A DNA stretch of 64,000 bases from positions 7,289 to 71,288 of IMG/VR virus record IMGVR_UViG_3300045996_000464; one strand, given 5' to 3'. Below the pieces are notes generated by a model. It saw nothing but the letters and a program-made list of their open reading frames with translations, had not been told where the DNA came from and ran no database searches. Positions 53,446 through 63,737 of this stretch are shown here, one piece after another. The stretch is from a virus. A program made the translations under genes and the position numbers. Every line of letters starts with the position of its first letter. Within the stretch, counting starts at the first letter, position 1.

Positions 53446-54066
53446 ATGAGAATTCTGGGCATTGACGGTGGCATGACCCGTCTAGGTATTGGAGCAGTAG
53501 AAATCAAAGACGGGGAGCTATCCCTCATTACCCATGGTGTTATCCGCAATCCTCGTGATCCCGAGCGTACCTTCAACAATCATCTCAATACAGGTATAGC
53601 TCAGATCGTCAATGACTTCCCTCGTGTGCTTGATATGGTCAGACCTGACCTTATCATTTCTGAGTACATTCCGGCTGGCAAGCTGGGATCAAATGACTCG
53701 CTGGTTATCGCCGCAGTTACAACCTGCAAAGTGATTGCATTTCAGTGGGGCATCGAGTGGAAGGACATCGCAGCCAACTCAGCTAAGAAGCAGTTGACTG
53801 GCGATCATAAAGCCAGCAAGACGCTGGTGCGCAATACCGTTTTCGACTTATTCCCGCTCGTAGAGGCTCGACACATGGCCGTCAAGGCTGAGCAGAAAGA
53901 ACGGGGAGAGAAACGAGACGGAATCCCACAAGATACATTCGACGCAATAGGAATTGCGGTCGTAGGAGCAAGCCTGTATGGCAACAGCAACGATGAACAC
54001 ATTGATTTGCCAAGAGTGCAATCAGGAGAAGCGCGAGACTCTGTTCTCGCTGATAGTCAGCGCTAG
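53446..54066 (+). CDS. ruvC: RuvC-like Holliday junction resolvase
   Basis: MRILGIDGG, KKQLTG..KASK, D.FDAIGIA. Confidence 0.88.
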   Translation: MRILGIDGGMTRLGIGAVEIKDGELSLITHGVIRNPRDPERTFNNHLNTGIAQIVNDFPRVLDMVRPDLIISEYIPAGKLGSNDSLVIAAVTTCKVIAFQWGIEWKDIAANSAKKQLTGDHKASKTLVRNTVFDLFPLVEARHMAVKAEQKERGEKRDGIPQDTFDAIGIAVVGASLYGNSNDEHIDLPRVQSGEARDSVLADSQR

Positions 54067-54544
54067 CAACCCGAGTAACGATACTGGTGAGGAAATCCGC
54101 GAAGATGTATGTCGCGCATGTAGACATGATGGTGCCACGGCTGATCAGAAGCACAAGATCATCCGCGAAGCGTATCGTCACTACTTGACCTTCAAGCAGT
54201 ACGTCACGGATACCGGGAACGATGTTATCGAGTACGCGATCCCCAAGGAAGCGGGCAGCGACGAGTTCGTCCCTGTCACTATCTCATTCTCTGACTTGCA
54301 GAGGGCACTGACACGCTTTAGCGACGGAGCTAGGGCCGAGGGTACAGTCCTCAGCAAGCGTAAAGAGCAAGCATTTTACCTTAACGTCATCCGCGATATG
54401 CTACAGCGTGATGTCGCAGAAATCATGGGTATCACCACCGTCTCAGTTGGCCAATATGTAGAGCAAGCAATGCTGCAACTGTGTGCTTACTACTTTGAAG
54501 ATGTACAGGACACTACAAATGTCCAAGAGACGGAGAATGAATAG
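53978..54544 (+). CDS. sigma-70 region-4-type HTH protein with N-terminal zinc motif
   Basis: LSKRKEQAF...QRDVAEIMGITTVSVGQY..QA; two CxxC pairs. Confidence 0.7.
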   Translation: MATATMNTLICQECNQEKRETLFSLIVSASNPSNDTGEEIREDVCRACRHDGATADQKHKIIREAYRHYLTFKQYVTDTGNDVIEYAIPKEAGSDEFVPVTISFSDLQRALTRFSDGARAEGTVLSKRKEQAFYLNVIRDMLQRDVAEIMGITTVSVGQYVEQAMLQLCAYYFEDVQDTTNVQETENE

Positions 54545-54892
54545 GTGAGAACTATGAGAACCCCGTACACATTCCGTAAAGAAGCGCTCTCTGAGTTAGA
54601 GCCATTTGACCCGTGTCGGTCTGATTATTCAGACCGTGAACTAGCCATGTACGCAGACAAGTTTCTGCGCGATGCCGGGACGAACGATACCGATGCGCCC
54701 ATCCTGTTTCAAGAGCATATTGAACCAAGGTGGCGCAAGGAAGTATCGCCCGCCAGTGGCACACCGGATGAGGCCATTACACATGCACAGTCCAAAGATG
54801 GGCAGACCATGTATAATCGCCAGCACCCGGAGGGTCGCAAGGTGAATAGCGAACATCAGAGAAAGTTAAACGGAGCAAGCTACTATAGATAG
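54545..54892 (+). CDS. hypothetical protein, paralog of 52901..53323
   Basis: Shared motifs as above. Confidence 0.7.
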   Translation: MRTMRTPYTFRKEALSELEPFDPCRSDYSDRELAMYADKFLRDAGTNDTDAPILFQEHIEPRWRKEVSPASGTPDEAITHAQSKDGQTMYNRQHPEGRKVNSEHQRKLNGASYYR

Positions 54893-54926
54893 GATCACGG
54901 GGCGGGGAGAGTAGAGGAACTAAACC

Positions 54927-55145
54927 ATGCCAAAACACATTGTAATTGCGGCAAATAGTTACGAGCGCGGTGCGAGTTATGCTCGCGAGAATGGACTGGT
55001 AGATGCGCGCATCTACACACCTGATAACCACAACACGATTAGGGGCAGGATGATTGACAAGTTGATTATTCTTGACCCATTGACTGATCATCAGAACAAA
55101 GTGTTGCTACCTGCGTTGATTGGCGCGGAGGTAACCTATGGCTAA
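54927..55145 (+). CDS. hypothetical protein
   Basis: GAGGA RBS, 72 aa. Confidence 0.6.
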   Translation: MPKHIVIAANSYERGASYARENGLVDARIYTPDNHNTIRGRMIDKLIILDPLTDHQNKVLLPALIGAEVTYG

Positions 55146-55740
55146 GGGTACAAGTTTACAGCAGGCTCATGATGCTCTGCCGATGAAGTCGGAGCCGCGC
55201 TGCAACATCTGCAACTCTGCATCACGCAAGAAGGTAGATCAGTTGCTGGCTGCACAGTTCAGCTACACGTCTATCGCTGAAGAGTTGGTGCGTTACGATG
55301 CAGACTTCAAGGGCAAAGAGCAAGACACGGTACGCAAGAACGTCGAGCGCCACAGCAAGCGCCACGTTGACATCAAGAGCAAGGCAATCCGCAAGATCGT
55401 AGAAGCCCGAGCTAGAGAGCAGGGCATTCTGCTTGAATCTGTTGAGGGTAAGATCACTTCCGGTCGAGCGTTGCTCGACCTGTTGATTGCCAAGGCTACA
55501 GATCAGGCGACTGACCCTGACTTCAAGGTGAAGTTCGCTGACGCTATCGATGCCGTCCGTATGCTAGAAGATGTACAGAAGATGGAGTTCCAGTCACAGC
55601 TTGAGGTTCTACAGCGCCAGGTCTGGGCCATCTCAACAGCAGTTAAGAATCAAGTGGAACCGAGCAAGCTGCCTGCCCTGATCAAGGAGGCGGAACGCCT
55701 GTTTGAGCTACGGAGCATCGAGCAGGAGTCGATGGTCTAG
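55138..55740 (+). CDS. putative terminase small subunit
   Basis: CxxC...H...H zinc/HTH N-terminus, helical C-terminus, upstream of the large terminase. Confidence 0.5.
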   Translation: MAKGTSLQQAHDALPMKSEPRCNICNSASRKKVDQLLAAQFSYTSIAEELVRYDADFKGKEQDTVRKNVERHSKRHVDIKSKAIRKIVEARAREQGILLESVEGKITSGRALLDLLIAKATDQATDPDFKVKFADAIDAVRMLEDVQKMEFQSQLEVLQRQVWAISTAVKNQVEPSKLPALIKEAERLFELRSIEQESMV

Positions 55741-55939
55741 TGTGCCCACGAAGGGAAACACTTAAGGGCGTGCGAATGGTGGCCGGTATACCACGAATCT
55801 CATCTCATATAGGTGGAACGTTGCGGGTGCGGGTGGTTGATACCCGTCTTTACGTGTATCGTAATTACGGAGATTGGACTGCGCACCCAGAACCACCCAA
55901 GATAGTTAAGCGTGGCTTGTTCAGGAAGGGTAAGAGATT

Positions 55940-56257
55940 ATGATTGACCTATACGAAAATGAAGTAGAGCTAATCTACGAAACGATCCAGAAGGTGCAGA
56001 CTAAATACCAGGATCGAGAGGCCAACGGAGCTAATCTGTTGGAGCTTCAGAACGAAGTCGTCGGCAGGCTGGCTGACCTGGGCTTTGGTGCCATCGTTGA
56101 TGTTACGCCCATCGTGGCGCACCAGCCCGTGGTGGTATCCATCACGGAGCGCCTAGACAAGGAGCCGTTCGACGCAGAGCGTAAGCGATGGGAAGTTAAG
56201 CGGCGCGTTGAGCGTGGCGAAGATAACCCTGACGACAAGATCGAAGGAGTAGTGTAA
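55940..56257 (+). CDS. hypothetical protein
   Basis: 105-aa ORF. Confidence 0.6.
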   Translation: MIDLYENEVELIYETIQKVQTKYQDREANGANLLELQNEVVGRLADLGFGAIVDVTPIVAHQPVVVSITERLDKEPFDAERKRWEVKRRVERGEDNPDDKIEGVV

Positions 56258-56463
56258 TGCTGCGATTGCTTCTCAGGGGCAGATGTGTTAGATCACTTCC
56301 GTTCTTTCACGTGTATTTCTTGACGACCACTGGTAAGCAAGTCTGCCCGAATTGCAACAGGGAGAAGTAGTGTCTACTACGCCTGCCAAAGAAGCATACA
56401 GATGCCCGAAGTGTAAGACCCCCGTCTACTTTGGCCTAACGCACAACTGCATCACAGGATAAC

Positions 56464-58461
56464 ATGAGCGGTGGATTCTACGAAGTACCCAACCTACTTG
56501 AGCAGTTCCAGTCTAGTCTTATTCAGGACTATGTTGGCATCATCGAGTTCGTAGAGTCGCCCAAGTACCTTGGCCGCAAGCTGTACCCCAGACAGCGCAC
56601 GCTGCTCAAGATTCTCTTCCTGCAAGACCTGGATGACTACGACAAAAAGGTTCTCAAGGAATGGGAAGCATCTGATGAGATTGAGGTTTGTCCCAAGCTT
56701 GATGAGCGCATCGCCTATCTCAAGCAGAACGGTTACAGCCACTTCCGCACCATCCAATTGGTCGGTGGCCGACGATCTTCTAAGGGTTTCATCACTGCCT
56801 GCTGCATTGCTTACAAGCTGTATTTAATGGCGCAGGTGGAGGACTTAGCTGACGAGTTCAACATCCCAGAGGGCAAGGAAGTGTATTTCAACATCGTTGC
56901 CAACTCTTTGGATCAGGCCATTGCTCACCAGTTCTCCGACGCTTCTGATGCCGTGCTAAGCACCAAGCCGCTGCATGCGCGCAAGCTAGTAGGCAAGGTG
57001 CTAGCTCAATCCATCAGCGTTAACACGCCAGGCGATCTTAGACGCGCAGCTATGTACCGTGCGTCAGGCGTCCAGGTCAACAAGGACATGGCGTCCCTGG
57101 TTGTCAAGGCCAACGGAACCAACTCCAACACCATCCGAGGATCAGCGTCCATCATGTTCGTCTTCGATGAGATGGCCCACCTTGTGGCGGGCGACTCTCG
57201 CATGTCAGATGACGAGCTATGGACAGCCGCTGTCCCGTCTGTTAACCAGTTCCGTGAGCATGGTATGATCTTCGCCAACTCGTCTCCCTATCAGAAGACG
57301 GGCAGATTCTACGAGCTTTACGAGCAGGCGTTTGAGCTTAACGAGAAAGAGATTGAAGAGGGCGGCGACGAGGCAGAACGAAAGGACGGCCCGCCTGCTT
57401 ACCCCGATCACTTCCTCTTGCAGTATCCTTCATGGGCACTGTACGAGGACTGGGACAAGTTCGATATGCCGCCACCCCAGGTCATGCGCCCTGAGCATGA
57501 TCCCATCGTCGCCTCAGAAGAGCGCCGCGATCCTGACACGTTCAAGGTCGAGTATCGCGCGCAGTTCGCAGAAGTCATTAACAGCTTCTTGCGTCCCGAG
57601 CTTGTGGATCGCATGTTCGATGCAGAGTGGAACGAGTCTGTCCTGGGCAAGGAGCTTCGACCGACATCGGGAGCCGTCTCATTCGTAACCTACAAGGGAC
57701 ACGGCGACCCCTCATCAGTCGGCCCAGCTAACTTCGGTATCGCTGTCGGCCACATTGAGACTATCGAGAATCCTGACACAGGAACACATGAGCAGCACGT
57801 GGTCTTTGACTTGATCGATGCGTTCTATCCCGAGGATTTCAAGAACCACACCATTGACTGGACTGAGATTGTTCCAGAAATTACCAGACTCATCAATGTT
57901 TTCCGCCCGTTCGAATGGACGTTCGACCAGTTCGACTCCACGATGGCGATCCAGACCTTGCAGAACAACCTCTCTCAGTTGGGTGTTCGTGAGACTATGG
58001 TCTATGTCAAGACAGCCACGTGGGAGGGCAACATGCGCAGAGCAAAGAACTTCCGCGCAGCACTTAACCTTGGCCGCGTTCATGCGCCACACCCCGACAC
58101 ATTCAATCCACTAGCAACCAAGAACAGTATCGATCTGGCTCGCTCTGAATTGAAGTTCTTGCAAGAGAAGAATGGCAGAGTGGATCGCCAGAAAATTGGC
58201 CCGGTACGAACGAAGGATATTGCAGACTGTATTATGGAGGTTACCGATGCGTTAATTGGTGACACGATTACTCCAAATACAACCGGAGTGAACAGTGAGT
58301 TTGCCCTCGGAGCCAAGGGAGGTTTCCGCTTAGGGTATGGAAATACGGAACAGTTTGCCGAGATGGCAGATTGGCATCGTGTTTCTGGATTGGATCGAAG
58401 TAAGGGCGGCGATGTCTGGGTGCCAGGGCGGCGCACAAGGCGTAACCAACGACCCTATTAA
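56464..58461 (+). CDS. terminase large subunit
   Basis: GGRRSSKG Walker A, FVFDE Walker B, SSP motif III, EYRAQF, nuclease Asp motifs (HGDP, FDQF, KDIAD). Confidence 0.9.
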   Translation: MSGGFYEVPNLLEQFQSSLIQDYVGIIEFVESPKYLGRKLYPRQRTLLKILFLQDLDDYDKKVLKEWEASDEIEVCPKLDERIAYLKQNGYSHFRTIQLVGGRRSSKGFITACCIAYKLYLMAQVEDLADEFNIPEGKEVYFNIVANSLDQAIAHQFSDASDAVLSTKPLHARKLVGKVLAQSISVNTPGDLRRAAMYRASGVQVNKDMASLVVKANGTNSNTIRGSASIMFVFDEMAHLVAGDSRMSDDELWTAAVPSVNQFREHGMIFANSSPYQKTGRFYELYEQAFELNEKEIEEGGDEAERKDGPPAYPDHFLLQYPSWALYEDWDKFDMPPPQVMRPEHDPIVASEERRDPDTFKVEYRAQFAEVINSFLRPELVDRMFDAEWNESVLGKELRPTSGAVSFVTYKGHGDPSSVGPANFGIAVGHIETIENPDTGTHEQHVVFDLIDAFYPEDFKNHTIDWTEIVPEITRLINVFRPFEWTFDQFDSTMAIQTLQNNLSQLGVRETMVYVKTATWEGNMRRAKNFRAALNLGRVHAPHPDTFNPLATKNSIDLARSELKFLQEKNGRVDRQKIGPVRTKDIADCIMEVTDALIGDTITPNTTGVNSEFALGAKGGFRLGYGNTEQFAEMADWHRVSGLDRSKGGDVWVPGRRTRRNQRPY

Positions 58462-58491
58462 GTGCAAACAAACCTATGGGGAATATACGAG

Positions 58492-59403
58492 ATGATCGTT
58501 GAAGAGAATGGCAAACTGTATAAGATCGATGAGGACACAGGTCTAGTCACCGAGGCGTCTGACGCAGACGTTGAGGCAGAGCAAGATTTGTCCGACGAGT
58601 TTCGCATTGGCGACCGTGTAGAAGTGGGCGGCGTGCTAGGCGAAGTCATTAGCATCACTGCCTCCGTTTACGGTGGCGCTTTTGGTGTACGCTTTGATGA
58701 TGGCAGCATTGACGAGTTCGTAGAGACGATGCTCAAAAGGTCAAGCGTCGAGAAGCCCAACTTCGAAACACCTATTCATGAGGTTCAGGCTCGTTTCGCC
58801 AAGTACGAAGAGATGCCTGGATACACCAACGACGAACTGACGCGCAAGGAAGCCGAAGCACGCTGGCTCAACCTCCGCGCGAAGTCACTTGTTACCGATC
58901 CTAAGCTTGCCCTCTCCGATCAGAATGAGCTTGGCCGCATCGTCCTCGTAACCGGCACTGACCTACTAGAGTTGAAGGAAGCCCGCGAGCAGTCAGAAGA
59001 GACTGCATCTTACCTTGGTAGCTTCAACAAGTATCGTCTTGCTAATGAAGTGCAGGGTGGCGGCGCGATCATGGGTCTTCATGGGGATGCATCGTGGCTT
59101 GAGGATGGCCTGGACGGTCTAGAGGTAGCTGAAACTACTGATGCAGACCTAGCTATCACTGCCACTGAGCTTGTTTCACAGTTCTCAGAGGGGCAGCTAC
59201 AAGATGATGAGTTCATGGCGGCTGCGCGCTCTTACCAGTATGACTACCTACAGATGGACGAAGCTGAGCGCACACACTTCGATTCGCTTGTAGAGAGCGC
59301 ACGCACAGCCCGACTCGCAGAGCTTCCCAAGATCGCCAAGCAAGCTAAGACTGAAGTTGAGGACGATCTAGCGAACTTCGACGCTTCGGCGCTGTACCTT
59401 TAA
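58492..59403 (+). CDS. hypothetical head-region protein with SH3/KOW-like segment
   Basis: FRIGDRVEV...VRFDDG; between terminase and portal. Confidence 0.6.
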   Translation: MIVEENGKLYKIDEDTGLVTEASDADVEAEQDLSDEFRIGDRVEVGGVLGEVISITASVYGGAFGVRFDDGSIDEFVETMLKRSSVEKPNFETPIHEVQARFAKYEEMPGYTNDELTRKEAEARWLNLRAKSLVTDPKLALSDQNELGRIVLVTGTDLLELKEAREQSEETASYLGSFNKYRLANEVQGGGAIMGLHGDASWLEDGLDGLEVAETTDADLAITATELVSQFSEGQLQDDEFMAAARSYQYDYLQMDEAERTHFDSLVESARTARLAELPKIAKQAKTEVEDDLANFDASALYL

Positions 59404-59414
59404 GGGAGGCACCG

Positions 59415-60992
59415 ATGTTTGAACTAGCGCTCAACTCAACAGAGAGGGCCAACAAGGCTGCTCTTCTCTTGGCACATGAACGATACTCCGCGCAGTTTGC
59501 CCCGTTTGTCAAGGGTCAACCAGCGCGACTTTCGTATGTCCAGGGTCAGATCGAGGCAATGATATCACAGGTGGCCGAGGAAGTCAAGGCCGAGGAAGAG
59601 GTTGTCCGCGAGCAGTTCCTGGCCTTCCTTAATGAGTCTGTTCACAGCCCCAAGAACAGCATTGATCCTGGCAACATTCACCACACTGACGTGAAGGATC
59701 ACGAGGAAGTGGAGGGTGCAGGACTTGAGGAAGCGCTTAACCCGCCTGGATTAAAGCGCGAGAAGCTAGCTAAGCGCAAGCTTCCTTTCTCAGTAGCTCA
59801 CTATGTGGGTCAGAAGATGTCGCCATCGATGATCAAGGGTATTCAGTTGCATGAAAAGATGGCAATTGATTTCACAGGCGAAGAGATGTACGAGATGTAC
59901 CCTGATGGCCCGGACGATGAGGACATCGATGCCCTGAACCACATGTGGGACAAGGATATGGCTGATCGTATTGAAGCCATCAAGCGCGACTTGCTTTACG
60001 AGGAAGACCCAGAGATACGTGACGAGATGTTCCGTGAGATGGGTGAGCTTCAGTTCAAGATTGACAATCCGGTTCCTCGTGACCCAACGGAAGAGGATGA
60101 GGGTGACGAGTATGAGATGGCAGAGCTTAGTCTCCGTGGTGGTGGCACTAAGAAGGGTGACGCATCCTGGAACATGAGCGACAATCCTGGTGTAGGCACA
60201 GGTCTTGGTGACCCAGAGCCTAAGATGAAGCCGGTCGATCAGTATGCCATGATGCAGTGCAACCTCTGTGAGCGAGCTAACTCACACTTTGAGGGCACTG
60301 AGGATGAAGTTATGGCCCACATTCAACAGGCACACGCGGAAGAAGTAGCGCGCGAGCAGGGCTATGGCACAGCACAGCCCCCGCAGCAGCAATTCTCTAC
60401 CGTCAAGGAGGCAGAGGTACCGCGCACGGATGAGGATGTGCCCGCAGCCGAGCCGCTCCCTCAGACACCCGCGACAGAGTTTGATGGCTACGTTCAAGAG
60501 CTAGCAGAACGCGCAGCAGCGCGCAAGTTCTCGCTCCCAGACGACGAGGCTATCCATTCGATTGCCAGTCAGGTAGGTGCATCACCCGATGAAGTCAAGC
60601 AACACCTTGTGGCCGTTGCTGTCTTTGGTGAGTCTACCGCTCGCAACGGGGAGTTTGGTGGAGACACCAATCCTCCTGAGGGCTACGAAGAGGTATCAGC
60701 GCAGGGTGTTGGTGGACGTATCGATGCCACAGAAGCGTTGATCCCGGTCGATCTAGTAGTCAGCAAGGTCGCAGAGAAGATGAACATGCAGCAAGACCTT
60801 GCGTACAACATGATCCGTGACCGCTATGGTTCTGATCTACCAGACAAGTACCATGCATCAGTCGCGGGGGAGGTTCATCTTTACCTGCCTACGCAGCTAG
60901 CAGGTAATCAGCAGCAACCGCAAGACCCCGAGGTTGGCCCGACACCACAGCCGATTCAGCCTCAAGCACCCGCGCAGCCCCAAGCATACTAG
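59415..60992 (+). CDS. acidic hypothetical head-region protein
   Basis: GGGAGG RBS; C2H2-like CNLC...H...H; Pro/Gln tail. Confidence 0.65.
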   Translation: MFELALNSTERANKAALLLAHERYSAQFAPFVKGQPARLSYVQGQIEAMISQVAEEVKAEEEVVREQFLAFLNESVHSPKNSIDPGNIHHTDVKDHEEVEGAGLEEALNPPGLKREKLAKRKLPFSVAHYVGQKMSPSMIKGIQLHEKMAIDFTGEEMYEMYPDGPDDEDIDALNHMWDKDMADRIEAIKRDLLYEEDPEIRDEMFREMGELQFKIDNPVPRDPTEEDEGDEYEMAELSLRGGGTKKGDASWNMSDNPGVGTGLGDPEPKMKPVDQYAMMQCNLCERANSHFEGTEDEVMAHIQQAHAEEVAREQGYGTAQPPQQQFSTVKEAEVPRTDEDVPAAEPLPQTPATEFDGYVQELAERAAARKFSLPDDEAIHSIASQVGASPDEVKQHLVAVAVFGESTARNGEFGGDTNPPEGYEEVSAQGVGGRIDATEALIPVDLVVSKVAEKMNMQQDLAYNMIRDRYGSDLPDKYHASVAGEVHLYLPTQLAGNQQQPQDPEVGPTPQPIQPQAPAQPQAY

Positions 60993-61011
60993 CCTAAGGA
61001 ACCGCCATTAG

Positions 61012-61299
61012 GTGGCCTGCAAGAACACCAGACACGCACGTAACGGACTAATTCCCAACTACTGTGAGATTCCAGGTTGTGAATTCGATTCGTTGATTAC
61101 GAAGCACCGTATTAAACCAGGGCGTCGGGGCGGTAAGTATATCCCCGGCAATGTGATTGGGTTGTGCCCTAACCATCACGTAGAAGCAGAGCAGGGGAAG
61201 TTTTCTCAGTTGGAATTGTTTGAGATTGTCCATCTGAGGTTGAGATTAGAACAAAGTAACACGAGTATGGAGATGGAACCGAATTATGGATGTGCTTAA
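61012..61299 (+). CDS. HNH endonuclease
   Basis: C...C...HRI.PG..GG.Y...N...LCPNHH. Confidence 0.85.
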   Translation: MACKNTRHARNGLIPNYCEIPGCEFDSLITKHRIKPGRRGGKYIPGNVIGLCPNHHVEAEQGKFSQLELFEIVHLRLRLEQSNTSMEMEPNYGCA

Positions 61300-63445
61300 A
61301 GGCTTCGATGAAGCCCAATATAGGATGGCAGCACTGCATACGCCGAAGGGTCACCGCCCTTCCACCGCGTTAGTGCAGACAGGCGACAGCCTGTTTCAGT
61401 CCATCGAGAATCGCAATTCAAATCTGATCGATGACTTTGCGCAGCGACGTTTGCGCACGGCTAATGCCGCAGGCGGCAGTGATGTCTACGCTACCATGCC
61501 GCGCATTTATACGCCCGTCGAGCAGTTCGAAATGCAGAAGATTCCGTACAACATCAGCAATGAGAAGGAGCGGTTCCGTCTGTACCAGTGGCTCGACCTG
61601 TTCTACCGAACCCACTACTTGATTCCTATCCTCGTAGACATCTTCACAAGGTTCCCACTCGTCGGGCTTGAGTTCCACTCGCCGGACAAGCATCTCGCAG
61701 AGTTCTACCATGAGCTATTCATGGATCGGCTCGACTACGAACACTTCCTAACCGACCTGGGTAGGGAGTACTGGACGTTGGGGCAGGCATTCCCGCTAGG
61801 TCACTTCAATGAGACTTTAGGCATCTGGGAAGAGGAAGAGCTACTTGACCCAACGATGGTCAAGGTGCGTCAGTTCCCGATCATCGGCGGGCAGCAGTAC
61901 TACTTGTCCGCTGAGGGCATGGACTCCCTGCGCAACATCGTCTTGAAGAAGGAACCGCGCGAGGTCTACTATCTCTTGGAGCGTGACTACCCCGAGTGGA
62001 TTCCATTCTTGACGGCGAAGAAGGACATCCCTGTGTCGAACGTGCTGCTCAAGCAGGTGGCTTTCAAGGCTTCGCCACGTGATGACTACGGTACGCCGAT
62101 CCTGTTGCGGGCACTGCGCACACTCATGCACGAAGAGAAGCTGCTTGCGTCACAAGATGCTATCGCTGAGCGCTTGTATTCTCCGATGATCATGGTCAAG
62201 CTGGGCATCCAAGACATGGGCCAGCAGCGCGGCCCGTGGATTCCGACACCGGCTGAGGTTCAGGAAGTACGTAACACCATGGACATCGCCATGTCATCTG
62301 ACTTCCGAATGATGGTTCACCACTTCGGTATCGAAGTACAGAACGTCTTTGGTCGTGAACAGATGCCCCGCCTTGACGCCGACTTCGACCGTATCGAGCG
62401 CCGCATCATGCAGACGTTCGGCATTAACCCCTCACTACTCTCAGGTGGAGCGGCATCACAGCCTTACGCATCGAGCGCGCTACAGGCAGAGTTCCTCAAC
62501 CAGATTCTACGCACCTACCAGGGCTACCTTAAGCGACACTATGAGTCGCGCGCTTACATCGTAGCTGAGGCCCAGGAACACTACGCATACGACAAGCGAG
62601 GCGACACCCGCATCCCGATCATCGAAGAAGTCATGGAGTATGACGAGGAAACAGGCGAGCCGATCATCGTGCAGAAGAAGAAGCTGATGATCCCCGAGCT
62701 TCGCATGAAGGTTCTCGACCTACGAGACGAAGCCACCCAGCGCCAGTTCCTACAGTCACTCAAGCAGCAGGGTGTGGCTATCCCAGATCAGCAGATGGCG
62801 ATGGGTATGTCTTACGACTTCGAAGAGTTCCTTGCGCAGACCGAGGAAGAGATGATCGCCAAGACTGTATCGCAACAGGAGGCAAAGGTCAAGACCTACG
62901 ACATCCTAACCGCGAAGGGTCTACCGATTCCGCCCGAGCTTAAGGCAGAGGTTGAGGGTATGGCTAACTTCCAAGGCCCACAGCCAGGAGACAGCACAAC
63001 TGTTGGAATCGATCCGCTTCAGCAAGGCGAGGAAATCGTCATGCCCGCACCGCCAGGAGGCACGCCAGCTATTGGGCCGAACAATCCGCAGCGTGGTCAG
63101 CGCCCTGAAGTTTCAGACGAGCGCAATCCTATCCCGCCGCCAGGACAGGTACCGAACAACATGCCTACGCTTCCGGGAGTTCCCGGTCAGCCGGGTATGC
63201 TAGGTGTTCCAGGCGCACCAACCCCAGCATTCGGGCCGGGTTCAAGACGCACTAGAGTAGAGGCAACACCTGATGAACCCAAGGATTACAAGCTGCCGCG
63301 CAAGAAGAATGCAAATATGCAAATTCCGACCTTGCGCGACGGGGCAAAAGATGCTACACTAAGTGAGGACGAACAATATGAAGATGCATCCCCGGTCGCG
63401 CCGAGCCAAGAGCATGAGGCAGAACAGCGCGGATCAGAAGTTTAG
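61286..63445 (+). CDS. portal protein
   Basis: Size, YGTPILLRAL motif, position after terminase, Pro-rich tail. Confidence 0.75.
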   Translation: MDVLKGFDEAQYRMAALHTPKGHRPSTALVQTGDSLFQSIENRNSNLIDDFAQRRLRTANAAGGSDVYATMPRIYTPVEQFEMQKIPYNISNEKERFRLYQWLDLFYRTHYLIPILVDIFTRFPLVGLEFHSPDKHLAEFYHELFMDRLDYEHFLTDLGREYWTLGQAFPLGHFNETLGIWEEEELLDPTMVKVRQFPIIGGQQYYLSAEGMDSLRNIVLKKEPREVYYLLERDYPEWIPFLTAKKDIPVSNVLLKQVAFKASPRDDYGTPILLRALRTLMHEEKLLASQDAIAERLYSPMIMVKLGIQDMGQQRGPWIPTPAEVQEVRNTMDIAMSSDFRMMVHHFGIEVQNVFGREQMPRLDADFDRIERRIMQTFGINPSLLSGGAASQPYASSALQAEFLNQILRTYQGYLKRHYESRAYIVAEAQEHYAYDKRGDTRIPIIEEVMEYDEETGEPIIVQKKKLMIPELRMKVLDLRDEATQRQFLQSLKQQGVAIPDQQMAMGMSYDFEEFLAQTEEEMIAKTVSQQEAKVKTYDILTAKGLPIPPELKAEVEGMANFQGPQPGDSTTVGIDPLQQGEEIVMPAPPGGTPAIGPNNPQRGQRPEVSDERNPIPPPGQVPNNMPTLPGVPGQPGMLGVPGAPTPAFGPGSRRTRVEATPDEPKDYKLPRKKNANMQIPTLRDGAKDATLSEDEQYEDASPVAPSQEHEAEQRGSEV

Positions 63446-63737
63446 TGTAGAATTCTTGGCAACTCTTGCTGCTGTGCAGGAAGAGATGATTGCTAAGACT
63501 GTCGCCGCTCAGTGGCTAGAAGTCGAGCGGCTAGTTTGCAATGGGTTCTACGTGAACTTGGAGAGACTATGCGCAAAGTAAGCGGTGGCTATCTGCTAGA
63601 CTGTGGGCACCAGCAAGTTGTATCGTCCCACAGATTAAGTATAGCACAAAATGGACAAGAGCAACATGCCGTATGGTGTGTGGAGTGCAACGACTGGACG
63701 GCTCTAGCACCTTTTGTATCCGAAGAAAGGCAACCAG

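Noticed and set aside
36732-58461. Inteins or introns in nrdJ, dnaB, dnaE, recA or the terminase
   Set aside because: Protein lengths are normal, the ORFs are uninterrupted and no intein splice motifs were seen.
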